DNA of 63,659 nucleotides, the filler included, from Trichomonas gallinae (lineage: Eukaryota): the NCBI GenBank assembly GCA_008369845.1. It is 5 parts of 5 records of this genome, joined end to end, with 100 filler letters (N's around TTAATTAATTAA, not from the genome) between each part and the next. Parts side by side here need not be neighbours in the genome. Positions count along the whole stretch, not along the records: positions 11,253 to 28,216 come from MRSU01000096.1; 4 more parts are not named here. One strand, written 5' to 3'. Each line of letters opens with the position of its first letter. The stretch's first letter is position 1. The position numbers and the translations under genes are program-made. Of this stretch, positions 11,253 through 22,174 are shown piece by piece. Below the pieces are notes generated by a model. That model worked only from the letters and a program-made list of their open reading frames with translations, ran no database searches and was not told the DNA's origin.

Positions 11253-11639
11253 ATTGAGAAAAAACATTCTACGGCAAAATTATTCTGCATCTCCTGCTCT
11301 ATATTAATGTATTAGCATCTAGGAGTTTGGAAAGTTATATGGAGCTGCAGGAGGCGTTTTTATCATGTCATTTTTAAAATTTTCCCAAAAAGGGGAGTTC
11401 CCCCCCCCCCCCTTTTGTTTTAACAGTTAGACAAGATTTGACAAATAATTGTTTTTTTTTGGCTGTAAAGTTATGAAATATGACAAGTAAACAGCTCTTT
11501 TGTTTTGTAAAATCTTTATTTATCAGTTAACTGCGAACTAGGCTTTGGCGCTAAAAATATAAGCGTTGTATCATACGACTATTATATTTCTTTGTTCAAA
11601 ATTGGCAGAATAAAATAAAAAATTTCATTAACGTACAAA

Positions 11640-12794
11640 ATGAGCAGCGCCAAGAAACTCCGCCTACAGCGCGCGATGAGCATGAAGGCCACCGGCCCAT
11701 CGCTCACACCCATTGTTCGCATCAATCCTTACCTCGATTACACAGAACTCGACTGCCCTGACAAAAAGAAATATCTCAAGACCGCCAGAGACATCTATGA
11801 GACAAGTATCCTCAAGTGCAAGACAAATAAGGACTACTTCAAGTGCATGGCGTCATTCAGAGAGCAGAGGAGGCTTTTGGCACTCAAAGGAGATTACGAT
11901 GGTGCCGCAAGAATCGATGGATACATTAGAAAACTATCTGATTTCTTCCTTGAGAACCATATGTATACATCTAAGGCCGAACTTTGCGCTGTTTCCGAAA
12001 CAATTTTCTCGACACAGAGAGATACAGTTTCTACAATCCAAGATCGCTGGGACAACAAGATAGACACAATGAAAACAACATATCAGCGCGAATTGGCGGA
12101 CTTGGAGGCCGAAAACGCAAGAAAGCTCGCTAAATTCGATAATTCTCATCCGCAGAAGCTCCCTATCAGATACAACAAGCTCAGCCCAGAGTTACTCAAC
12201 CTACGTGAGATAGAGAAGCACCTCATCTCATCCAGACGCTTCGAGGAGGCGAAGAAGATCCACCAGGAGTTCGAAAGGAAGAAGAGAGAAGAACTCAACA
12301 ACCAGAAGCGCCAATACTTCGACGACTCAGAGAAGAGGCGCACCGAGATCATCAAGCTCGGCGAGAAGAAGGTCAACGCACTCAAAGACGCCTGGGAGAG
12401 AAGGATCAGCGAAGCAAAGATCACGAAGGAGCACGAAGTTACTCCTCATCAAAAGTCATACACATCTCTCGAAAGAAACGTCACACGCCGCAAATCAGAG
12501 TACATCGGGCAAGAAGACCCAATCCCAGAGGAGGTTGTCTTCGTCGCAAGGAAAGTTGATCCCGTTGAGCTCGAGAACTCAGTCAACGTTTATAAGTCAA
12601 GAGATTTGGTCTCCTTCGACAAATCAATCACGCCAAGGTCCGTTTCCCACCTCGCCAAGCATCCAGGACCAAATCTTGTCGGCGCTGAAAGGCCTGTTGA
12701 ATACGGAGTTGTTGATGCAACAAACAAATCCAAGACAGTCTGCTTAAAGAAGCAGGCAAGGGATTTGGACAGTCGCAGATGGCCAAGGCATTAA
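11640..12794 (+). CDS. Coiled-coil hypothetical protein
   Basis: 384-aa ORF with E/K/R-rich heptads and UVR-like motifs (GDYDGAARI; RRFEEAKKI). GC3-rich codons; TCATT Inr at 11625. Confidence 0.8.
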   Translation: MSSAKKLRLQRAMSMKATGPSLTPIVRINPYLDYTELDCPDKKKYLKTARDIYETSILKCKTNKDYFKCMASFREQRRLLALKGDYDGAARIDGYIRKLSDFFLENHMYTSKAELCAVSETIFSTQRDTVSTIQDRWDNKIDTMKTTYQRELADLEAENARKLAKFDNSHPQKLPIRYNKLSPELLNLREIEKHLISSRRFEEAKKIHQEFERKKREELNNQKRQYFDDSEKRRTEIIKLGEKKVNALKDAWERRISEAKITKEHEVTPHQKSYTSLERNVTRRKSEYIGQEDPIPEEVVFVARKVDPVELENSVNVYKSRDLVSFDKSITPRSVSHLAKHPGPNLVGAERPVEYGVVDATNKSKTVCLKKQARDLDSRRWPRH

Positions 12795-13687
12795 CTATGA
12801 ACGTGTTTTTTTATTGGTTTTTAAAGCTTATTCTTATTTATTATTAAATTCCTTTTTTTTTATAAATACACATCTTGAACACTTAGGATTTTAGTTTTAC
12901 ATGACATAATGTCATATTCAATTGAATTTTATACAATTTACATGTCAGATCGCATCGTTATTGCCAGAATTTTACAAAACTCGATTTTTCTACCTAAGGA
13001 TGAACTAAATCCATACAGTTTCACTTTTACTCAAAATGAACCAATAATTAATATTCATTTTAAAATCTTCTTTTCTAGACGTTTTTTTGACAGCAAATAT
13101 ATTAGTGAAAAGTGAATTTATTATAATGTTAATAAATCTTCTACAAAGATATAAACAAAGATATGGAACTCCAAAATCTGACATTTGTAAAAAATTCACC
13201 AGGTTAATGTTTGACGTCTACTAGCGTAGGTGATCAGAACTGAACTAACCTAGTAAGTAAATATGATAATATACCATACACCCTAATAGTATGAAAGAAA
13301 CTAAATCTTATTTATTCGATTTTCATGTAGAATTTTCGACATTAATGATCATATCTTTTCATACATACTAAATGGATTGTTAGCTTCAAAACATGGTATA
13401 AAAATCACAAATCTTTTACAGTGTCCATTAACAGTGAATGGCCTAAGCAAATAATAATTTTTTTGAATATATAAGATCAATTTTCAAAATCTAATATAAA
13501 ATATTGACTAATAAAGTACAGATAATATGACTATCATAGATAAATTCATAAATAAGCAAATATATTTTGAAATTTTGAATCCTCTGACGAATGCGAATTT
13601 TCTGAGGAAAAATAGTTATATAAGTGATAAGCAATCCAATGGAATAGAAATCAGGTCGTATACGTTTTAAAAAAATCTGTAAAAAAA

Positions 13688-15742
13688 ATGGAGCCAGAAA
13701 GTCTTAATTATACGATTTTAAATTGCACGAGTGAAGATCCACACTATCCTATCACGTCAATACAAAATGCATCGATCAGAAGCAACGGATGGCAATCACA
13801 GCAAAATCCAAGTTATCCAGTTTCTTTTGTAGTCGATCTTGGATCAAAAGCTAGCGTAAAATCTCTTCAATTTGTAAGCCACCAATCGAAAATCCCATGC
13901 AGAGTGGACCTTTCCTATGGAGATAATGGTACTTTATTTAAACCACTTGGATCTTTCCAATTTTCAGATAATTCTCAAACAGGTTACTCAGCACGTGAGC
14001 TGAAAAGTGCAAATCTGTCGAAAGTTTCAACAAGATTCTTCAAGATTTCAATACGCGGATGCCACGCGAATGCCAGCAACCCATTTAACCAAGTTGGTAT
14101 CGTATCTCTCAAGATTATGGGTAATGGTGGACGACCATCATCAAGTCAGCGTCCTCAGACGCCAGAATTAGATCTTGAACAAGAAATCAATCGATTAGAA
14201 CGCGAAAAAGCTGATGCTGTTGCTAGAGAAGACTTCTCGGAGGCAAACAATGTAAAAATACGTCTCAATGAGCTCAAGAAGCAAAGAGATATGATAGAAG
14301 ATCTGAAAAAGAAGAAACAAGAAGCTATTGCAAATGAAGACTTCGAAATGGCAAGAATCGTCAACGATAAGCTAAAGGCATTCAATGGAAAAGATTTAAG
14401 ACCATATACAACACAAGATAAACCTCGCGATGAAATAATTAAATATGAAAACAATTACAGCTCCGCTCGTCACGAAAAGCAACAACAACCAGTCAATCCA
14501 GAGCCAAAGCGCGCTCGTAAAATCGAGCTAGACGATGAAAATATTCAAGATGAGGAAATTGAGCCTCCTCAGAAGGAATACAGCTTACCAGACAACTTTG
14601 GTGATGCTCCTCCAATGGGCCGCGCAATTCCACGCGATAATGACGACATTCCACCAATGGGCAGACAAATTCCTAGAGATGATGACGATATACCACCACC
14701 AGGGCGCCAGATTCCACGTGATGAACCCAAGAAGAACACAAAAATCATCCAACCAGTTGATGAAAATGAAGGCGAAGATAATTATTCAATTGATCCACCA
14801 GTTCAGAGGCCAAAGCCAGGCAAATACGGTATGACAAGACCAATACTTGCTGGTGCCAACATGGTTGAAGAAGTTGTACGTCGACAAGATTTTGAATTAC
14901 AAGAAGACATCGAAGAGCGCCCAATTCGTCCAGCAGATGAATCCAATGAGGATCCAAATGGTGGCCTGCTCATTACAGAAGATAGCGGCGCTCCAGACGA
15001 ATTATCTCCAGCAAATCGCCAAGAATCTTCTTTGCTCATCTCCAAGTTCGGAGAAGAAGTCATAGCTAAGTTCTACTCCAAGAACTGGCAGCTCCGTGAC
15101 GAAGCCATCAAAATTTTGTGGACAAAGATTAAAGAATTAGGACAAGGAGCTTGTTACGACTCTTTCTGCTGCTTCTGCAAGATCCTTCGCTACAGGATTG
15201 CAGACACGCAGAAGGCAATCGTCAGCGACGCAATACAAGCAATTCAAGATATTGCCGACAGCGCAAGCATCCAGAACAGCGACTTAGCGCGCGCAGTGCA
15301 ACCTATGCTTCCTGCCGTTGCCACTCGCGTCGGCGGAAACTCACAGCCTATATCAGAGTACGCGTGCAACTTTCTCGTCTTCCTTTGCTCCAACGGATGC
15401 CCGGACATTGTCCTGCCTATTGTATACGGAACAAAGAAGAATGCTGCGAACTGGAAGTCGCTGCAGGCACGAATTTCGACGCTGCACGACATAGTTCTTT
15501 GCCTCGGAATGGATGCCGCTGATGGACTCAGCCTGGATTCGATGATGAAGTTCGCTGTCGAAGGCTTGGAGTCAGCAAAGCCTGAAGTGAGACAGGCAGC
15601 AACTCAGCTCGTTGTCACTTTGGAGGAAATGTCAGGATCTGCTGTGGAAAAGTATTTGGAAAAGATACCTAAGAGAACGAAGGAGGAAGTTTCTAAAGCC
15701 ATCGAGAACAACCATAAGAATAATGATGACGAAGAAATCTAA
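13688..15742 (+). CDS. CEP104: CEP104-like ciliary/centriolar TOG-domain protein
   Basis: N-terminal jelly-roll (CTSEDP..GWQS...P...LQFVSHQSKIP..V...FKPLG.FQFSDN..TGYSARELKS...N.FNQVGIVSL), coiled coil EKADAVAREDF.EA..K, and a TOG-like region (FYSKNWQLRDEAI...EVRQAA). No C-terminal zinc fingers seen. Confidence 0.8.
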   Translation: MEPESLNYTILNCTSEDPHYPITSIQNASIRSNGWQSQQNPSYPVSFVVDLGSKASVKSLQFVSHQSKIPCRVDLSYGDNGTLFKPLGSFQFSDNSQTGYSARELKSANLSKVSTRFFKISIRGCHANASNPFNQVGIVSLKIMGNGGRPSSSQRPQTPELDLEQEINRLEREKADAVAREDFSEANNVKIRLNELKKQRDMIEDLKKKKQEAIANEDFEMARIVNDKLKAFNGKDLRPYTTQDKPRDEIIKYENNYSSARHEKQQQPVNPEPKRARKIELDDENIQDEEIEPPQKEYSLPDNFGDAPPMGRAIPRDNDDIPPMGRQIPRDDDDIPPPGRQIPRDEPKKNTKIIQPVDENEGEDNYSIDPPVQRPKPGKYGMTRPILAGANMVEEVVRRQDFELQEDIEERPIRPADESNEDPNGGLLITEDSGAPDELSPANRQESSLLISKFGEEVIAKFYSKNWQLRDEAIKILWTKIKELGQGACYDSFCCFCKILRYRIADTQKAIVSDAIQAIQDIADSASIQNSDLARAVQPMLPAVATRVGGNSQPISEYACNFLVFLCSNGCPDIVLPIVYGTKKNAANWKSLQARISTLHDIVLCLGMDAADGLSLDSMMKFAVEGLESAKPEVRQAATQLVVTLEEMSGSAVEKYLEKIPKRTKEEVSKAIENNHKNNDDEEI

Positions 15743-16070
15743 CTTTATTTTATTTGTTTATTTTCTAATAAAAAACGTGTTTCGATACTTTTATTTAATA
15801 AATTATCTATATATATAATGATTACTTTTCTACATTTGCTGACTATTTTAAACATTGTATTGGATCACATTTTGCTGACAATGTTGGGGAAAAAGCATCT
15901 AGAAAAGGCGAAAAAATCGAGTTTTGTTAAATTTTGACAGAAAGCGGTCTGACATGTAAATACTACAAATTTCTCCTAAATATGACAATCCGTCATGTAA
16001 AAATATTTGCATAACTACAAGTTATAAATGCTAGCCTATACATGATATGCCACACATATTCATATGCCTT

Positions 16071-16406
16071 AATAATAATACAATCTTAATGTATGCATCA
16101 AAATATGGTTGTCATGAAGCTGTAAGTGACCTGCTGAATCATTCTATAGTTGATGTAGATGCAAAAAACGATCATTTCAACGATACTACTCTGCTTGAAA
16201 AGCAGGTCATCATGAGGTAGTCACTTCTTCTAACTGTGCCTATGATTGACGTTAACGTAAAAAAACAGCATGGTTTGACATCGTTGATGTGTGCTGCAAT
16301 TAATGGTTCCTATGAATGTGGCAATCTACTCCTTAAATTTCCTGGAATTGATATCAATGCAAAAGAAGATGGCTCATATCTCATAGTGCAATTTGATAAT
16401 TGTTAA
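16071..16406 (+). pseudogene. Ankyrin-repeat pseudogene fragment
   Basis: NNNTILMYASKYGCHEAVSDLLNHSIVDVDAKN, then frameshifts (AGHHEVV / LLLTVPMIDVNVKKQHGLTSLMCAAINGSYECGNLLLKFPGIDINAKEDG). No intact ORF. Confidence 0.75.
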
Positions 16407-16444
16407 ATGATGTGTATCATAAAAAAAAAGAAAAATAACTTGGC

Positions 16445-16499
16445 TTTACATGACAAATATTTTGTATTTACATGGCAAGTATTATTATTTACATGACAA
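16445..16499 (+). promoter_or_regulatory. Three tandem copies of TTTACATG(A/G)CAA upstream of the ankyrin gene (putative TF-binding array)
   Basis: Copies at 16445, 16467 and 16488 (21-22 bp spacing), ending 30 bp before ATG 16529. The same motif recurs in many intergenic regions. Confidence 0.55.
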
Positions 16500-16528
16500 A
16501 TTATTTTGGTAAATTTTTAGAATTTTTT

Positions 16529-18331
16529 ATGGTCGTAGAAATACCAATAAAATATAATAAATTGAAGGTGAAATCAATATCTGATATTGAAATTCCTGAA
16601 TACATGTCAATAATAGTCCAAGCAATTGATCTTTTGTGGAATATTAAATCCGAAGATCTCTCAGAAGTAATAAACAAGCTTCATGTATGGGTAGAACAGA
16701 ATGAAATTACAAAACAATTCCTTGAACGTGCATTGAAATATATTCATTCCAAAATTAATCAATTTGATAAATTGAATGCTATAGCAAATTCTTTCTCAAT
16801 AAAAATTCGTGATCGCTACTATAATTATAAAACAGAGTCATTTATATTAAATGATGATCCTACAGAACTTGCAGAAAAATATGATTTTTCAAATTTAAAT
16901 GGAAAAGATAACCGTGAACTTCAGGATCATATGTCCGATATTCTAACGCATGGAGCAATCAATTGCTTTAAATTCTTACTCATTAATAATTTTCAATTAA
17001 ATAAAGATATGTGCGAAGATGCTACAGAAGGTGGAAACCTCGAAATAATAAGAACATTAGTTAACAATAGCATAGATTTCCCACCAATTTGCTTTAATAT
17101 CGCACTTTCAAGAAATTACAATGAAATTGCAGATTTTTTGATGGAAAATTATAACGCGATTTTCGAATTCATTGATAATTTATTGCAACACTTTAATTAC
17201 AGGGCTTTAATCTTCAATTTGGAAAACAAAGTTCCTGTGTATTATCTTTTTAATGAGGAGAAAAATTCGGTTTTTCATGCGATTGATCAATCAAATTATC
17301 CAATACTGAAATTATTGAAGAATTATAAAGTCAATTTCAAAAAATTACAGCATGCTGCTCAATTCTTCCATTTTGATAATGTATGCTTTGCTGTCATGAA
17401 TAACAATATTAAAATAGTTAAATTCTTGTATAAAAATGGACTCGATGTATTATATAAGATTCAAAAATTTTCAGATCAAAATGTGAATGAAGATGCACTT
17501 ACTTTGGCATGCTATACAGGCAACGAAGAAATTTTCAACTTCCTTCTCGATCATTATCAATATAACATTAACTATAAATATGACTCGCGACAATCGATTA
17601 TAAAATATTATATTGAAAAGGATACTGATGACGATTATAGTGAAAGCGATAGCTATTATTATGACGATAGTGATATTGATAGCGAGAGTGATAGTGATCA
17701 AGAAGAATGCAGTTTTACTTTGTTGACTCGTGCGATTTCATATGGAAATGTTAAATTTGCATCCATTCTTCTTGAAAGAGGTGCAGATCCAAACATTATA
17801 GTATCAAACTACGGAATATCTAATACGCCACTTATTAAAGTATTTGATTGCAAGGATAATGATATCAGATTGAAAATGATAAAATTATTATTAGATCACA
17901 AAGCGGATCCTAATCTTCTCGGCTCAGATTCATCACCATTACAAACTGCGCTGGACACCGCAATAAGTCCTGATGCTGCGGAAATGCTTCTGAACCACGG
18001 CGCTCTCCCAGAGGCATGCATACAATCACGCGGTCTGCCACATCCACTGTTTTTAGCAATAACTTACGGATATACTAATATAATAAAAATGATAGTTGAT
18101 AAGGGAGCTTCTGTTAATATGGCTTCAACTTTTGGATTGAGCAATACTACTCCTCTTTTATTCAGCTTGCAGATGAACTCAAAGCCAGATTTAGTAAAGT
18201 TTTTGCTAGATCATGGAGCAAATCCTGATGCTAAAGTTTTTGTTCGAGGAGAAATTATAACACCACGCAAATTTGTAGAAGAAAATTTAGACCATTTTGC
18301 GTATGAAATACGCCGATTATTCGGAATTTAG
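16529..18331 (+). CDS. Ankyrin repeat protein (DUF3447-type N-terminal region)
   Basis: HGAINCFKFLLIN...ATEGGNLEIIRTL...NYNEIADFLMEN (DUF3447-like), then several ankyrin repeats (TLLTRAISYGNVKFASILLERGADPN etc.) and an acidic D/S/Y insertion. Start may be 16472, 16493 or 16529. Confidence 0.85.
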   Translation: MVVEIPIKYNKLKVKSISDIEIPEYMSIIVQAIDLLWNIKSEDLSEVINKLHVWVEQNEITKQFLERALKYIHSKINQFDKLNAIANSFSIKIRDRYYNYKTESFILNDDPTELAEKYDFSNLNGKDNRELQDHMSDILTHGAINCFKFLLINNFQLNKDMCEDATEGGNLEIIRTLVNNSIDFPPICFNIALSRNYNEIADFLMENYNAIFEFIDNLLQHFNYRALIFNLENKVPVYYLFNEEKNSVFHAIDQSNYPILKLLKNYKVNFKKLQHAAQFFHFDNVCFAVMNNNIKIVKFLYKNGLDVLYKIQKFSDQNVNEDALTLACYTGNEEIFNFLLDHYQYNINYKYDSRQSIIKYYIEKDTDDDYSESDSYYYDDSDIDSESDSDQEECSFTLLTRAISYGNVKFASILLERGADPNIIVSNYGISNTPLIKVFDCKDNDIRLKMIKLLLDHKADPNLLGSDSSPLQTALDTAISPDAAEMLLNHGALPEACIQSRGLPHPLFLAITYGYTNIIKMIVDKGASVNMASTFGLSNTTPLLFSLQMNSKPDLVKFLLDHGANPDAKVFVRGEIITPRKFVEENLDHFAYEIRRLFGI

Positions 18332-18801
18332 CATCTTATCAAATAGACTGATATTCAAGCAAAGTAATTGATATTACTAGAAATATATATTTTTATTAAA
18401 GACTGATATCATTGCAGATATTTGTCTTAAGGTGGTGCTCTGCAAAAACTTTTTTATTAGATAGAAAGTGTATATTTGTTATAAACTGGAATGCAAAATA
18501 TTTAGCTTCCTTATTGCATCCTTAATAACACGGATTTACTGGTTTCCTGATAGTTTGAGGTTCTATCACGCACATTAATGATTCCATATTTTGAAATTTA
18601 ATTTAGATTTTGCATTTTTTTTTTGTTTAAATGTTTTGTAATTCATCGATATATGTAGTATATTGTGCTTATTCTAACTAAACTTATGAATAAAAAACTT
18701 ATTAAATTATTAAGGGGAGACCCTAATGTCAGTAATGAAATTATTGACATGTAATATTTTACGAAACAAAAATATTTCAAAAGGTGCACGTTTATTAATT
18801 T

Positions 18802-20025
18802 ATGTCAAGTTCGAAAGAAGCCTGCGAATTTGTTTCCCAAAACATTATAACTAAATTACTAGGTATAGGTGGGGGAGCAGATATGTTTAAAAAGGCTTCT
18901 ATTGATGAAGGAGGACAGACGTTAGAATATATGCAAAAATTATTGTTAAATTTCATCGCTAAAGTATTTTGTGGCGTAAAATGGAAACAATGGCTTCTAA
19001 CATCCGACATTTCTTCAATAATTTCTATACTTCGCTACTTAGGATTTGAACCAGATCCAGAAAAATTCAATTTAGAAACATCATCACGCGATTGTTTGAT
19101 TGCATTCGGATATTTGATATGGAGATTAGACTTATTTTCTAAATTATATACTGATTATTTGCCTCCAGAGAATTCATATACTTCTCCATACGGAACAGTT
19201 ACTGATGAACTAAATATACCTGTTAAAAATCAACCAAATATGCCAAAAAACGTCGAAGATCTCGCAAAACTCTTAAATAGACAAATCAATCGAATTACAA
19301 GAAAATTACACTCTTTATCTGATATAGAATATGACATAGATTATTACAAAGCGCTTATTATGAATTTAGATAAAGAGTCCACAGTATCTGAACTGAGTTT
19401 AAAGGCGAATCCAGAATTGATGAAAGAGCACATTTCATCTTTGAAGCAGGCGAACTCAAAATCTGAATTTGTAATGAACATAGCACGAAATGAAGCCAGA
19501 TTTTACAAGTTTTTATCTCAAGTTTTGAAATACAAACAAGAAAACTGGGGAAATTCATCAGAAGAAGACCCATTTGAGGTTGATTTCTTCCCTGATGTAT
19601 CAATGTCACCTGTTAGACGCTTGAACACTCAAGCAAAGTCAATACAAGACAAATTCCAAAACATTGAAAAAATGTTTGTTCTCCTGGACAAAAAGTTCAA
19701 TGCAGATCTAATTTCACTGTCAGCTGAAGAAAAGAAGACAATCAACAATGAAGTAGGGGAGCTGAAGAATAAGCTTCTCAGGTTGGATCATGTTGAACCC
19801 AAGAAAGAAGAGGAAAAAAGAACATTTATTGTTCCTGATTTTAATTTTTCATCTTTTAGCGAGCAGAAGCTTCATGACATTGTAAATAAGTACGACTCAG
19901 AGGCTGCCAGGCTGGAACAAGCCAGTATTTCTGAAATAGACTCAAGAATTAACGCGCTTTGCCAAAAATTCAATCTAAAATATACAGGATTGAAATTACA
20001 GAACGAAAGTTTGTCCTTTATATAG
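18802..20025 (+). CDS. TEDC1-like (tubulin epsilon/delta complex protein 1-like) with C-terminal coiled coil
   Basis: ADMFKKASID...LRYLGF...SSRDCLIAFGYLIWR aligns by eye with TEDC1 N-terminal motifs (EIFRRAKFD...GYP...GSRELLLALSWLL). Intact 407-aa ORF. Confidence 0.55.
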   Translation: MSSSKEACEFVSQNIITKLLGIGGGADMFKKASIDEGGQTLEYMQKLLLNFIAKVFCGVKWKQWLLTSDISSIISILRYLGFEPDPEKFNLETSSRDCLIAFGYLIWRLDLFSKLYTDYLPPENSYTSPYGTVTDELNIPVKNQPNMPKNVEDLAKLLNRQINRITRKLHSLSDIEYDIDYYKALIMNLDKESTVSELSLKANPELMKEHISSLKQANSKSEFVMNIARNEARFYKFLSQVLKYKQENWGNSSEEDPFEVDFFPDVSMSPVRRLNTQAKSIQDKFQNIEKMFVLLDKKFNADLISLSAEEKKTINNEVGELKNKLLRLDHVEPKKEEEKRTFIVPDFNFSSFSEQKLHDIVNKYDSEAARLEQASISEIDSRINALCQKFNLKYTGLKLQNESLSFI

Positions 20026-20177
20026 CACTGTAAATACTCATTCTATTTGTTTGTTTATTATTATAAATCAGATAATATTTTTGATATTTAATGGGATTGG
20101 CTGATTTTTAATTATTTACTTTTGCTGACATGACCACAAACTCTATGTAGAATGCTTTTTTTGATCATAATTTAGAA

Positions 20178-21554
20178 ATGTCGTTTTTTGGATTTGGAAG
20201 AAAAGACAAACGACTTTCTGAGTTAAAAGACATAATCAAGCAACTCAATAAAGTTGAAGAGAAAAGGTATGAAGAGTTTCTAGCGAAAATGATTCCATAT
20301 GTACCAGATTATACAACAACTATTCTTTCTGAGTGCTTAGACAAAATTAATCTATATCTGGCATCTCAGTACTCGCCTGTAATCGTAACTATGCTATCGT
20401 TAATGACAGCAGGCATTGATCCATCGAATCCGAATACAAATCCTTATAAACTTCTTCAAGCAGACATGTATATCCTTCCTACTCTGTTTCAATACCTATC
20501 AAAGGACACTCCAGACTTGATGAAATTACTTAAATTGCTATTTTTAGAATTGACAAATAAATTTATCGATTATATTGACAAACACCCAGACGCAGTTGTT
20601 CAGTTAGTCAAACTAGTTACGGAATCCCAAGATAAACTATTCTGCGAGTTTTTATTGATGTGTGTAAATTCAAAAGAAGAGCTAAAGGAGAAATACCAGA
20701 CAATTATATTCAATGAGCTCCCACTATGGAATCCTACGTGTGTAATCAACGTTTTGGTCGGTTATCCACAAATGTTTTCAAATATTTTGCAAGAAGAGAT
20801 AGAAAGATGGCTTACTAAGAAATATCAATTCCTTATTGATGATGTCGAACAATTGGTTAAAATTCATCAATATTTATGGGAAAATATATTTATTCTACAA
20901 ATCTTAGTGAGAACAACACCTGAAGTCAAGGTGACATCAATCAGTTTTATCAGGAAACAAACAATACACTCGTTTGAAGTGCCTGACGATGTTTTAACAG
21001 AATGTTGTGATTCAATTTTGAAACCTCTTCAAGATTACATTGTAACAAATGAAGGTGATTCAAGGGTTTCTTATTTATTCATAAGATTCTACGTTTTATC
21101 GCTTGCTGATTATAGGAAAGTTCCAGAGGAAATAATTGACATTATACATTCAGCTTTAGTTGATCAAAGTGACTTCTTAGTTGCGGCTGCAGCACAGTTA
21201 ATAGCATGTTGGGTAATTAAATTCAATTACGAGTTTTCAAGAAAATTATTTTATATATTATCAGCTGCAGCTGTGAATAGGGAGAATGAGAATCCATGCA
21301 GACTGCTTCTGCAAGGAATTATATCAATGTTCTCTGTGAATAATGAGTTATACACAAGAATTTTGATAACTGAAGAAAGGCTTCAAACTAACTGGAACAA
21401 ACCACTGAAAGTAACCAGAGAATCATTCATGTTCCCTCATTTCATCCCAATTTATAAAGCTCATATCGATAAATGCAGAGAAGACCCATATTTCCCTAAG
21501 CTTGATCTCGCATCACAGATGCTTGCAGATGCTGTCAATGTTTTAGAATTGTAA
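20178..21554 (+). CDS. Hypothetical alpha-helical (ARM/HEAT-like) protein
   Basis: 458-aa ORF with leucine-rich helical pattern; Inr-like TCATA upstream. Confidence 0.75.
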   Translation: MSFFGFGRKDKRLSELKDIIKQLNKVEEKRYEEFLAKMIPYVPDYTTTILSECLDKINLYLASQYSPVIVTMLSLMTAGIDPSNPNTNPYKLLQADMYILPTLFQYLSKDTPDLMKLLKLLFLELTNKFIDYIDKHPDAVVQLVKLVTESQDKLFCEFLLMCVNSKEELKEKYQTIIFNELPLWNPTCVINVLVGYPQMFSNILQEEIERWLTKKYQFLIDDVEQLVKIHQYLWENIFILQILVRTTPEVKVTSISFIRKQTIHSFEVPDDVLTECCDSILKPLQDYIVTNEGDSRVSYLFIRFYVLSLADYRKVPEEIIDIIHSALVDQSDFLVAAAAQLIACWVIKFNYEFSRKLFYILSAAAVNRENENPCRLLLQGIISMFSVNNELYTRILITEERLQTNWNKPLKVTRESFMFPHFIPIYKAHIDKCREDPYFPKLDLASQMLADAVNVLEL

Positions 21555-22174
21555 ATGTTTGTTTATATATTTTTTGTAATTCGAATTTCCATAATTTTTG
21601 TCTATATAACATCTGCATATGCAATATTAACAGAACTGATTATATAACTAAAAAGAATTAACTTTTGTTTCGATATACTTGAATTATTCAGATATCATAA
21701 TGAAGCATCTTAATTCATATGTTAATAAATACACATAGACAAAATTCTAATATGTAGATGTTTTAGCGTGAATAACAAATATTATGGAAAAATTACATAT
21801 TAAAGTTATATATTAATGATTTGCATTTGTATCATATTGAAATAGCATTGCTTGATGATGTTTCTCATGATAAATTGATATTTTCTCTGATAATTAAGTA
21901 TGCAATTGATATAACAAATTAGAACCCGTGATTGATAGGATTGAATCAGTTAAGCTCAAAAAATATATCTTAGAAATTGATATATATATATCATATAATC
22001 TGGAATGAATCAATTAAGCTTGAAATAGTATTATAACTATTGTTGGATGGTTTATAAGTAATGTGTTAAACTTTGAACAAAATGAATTTTTATAAAGAAG
22101 GGGGATAAAAAGTGCAATAACCCTGCATATTATCGAAATTAGGGTCGAGGTGTCAACCCCAAAATTTATTAAAA

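Noticed and set aside
11640..20025. Coiled-coil, CEP104-like and TEDC1-like genes as a centriole/flagellum cluster
   Set aside because: Interrupted by ankyrin genes, the first gene has no assigned function, and cytoskeletal genes are common enough for chance proximity.
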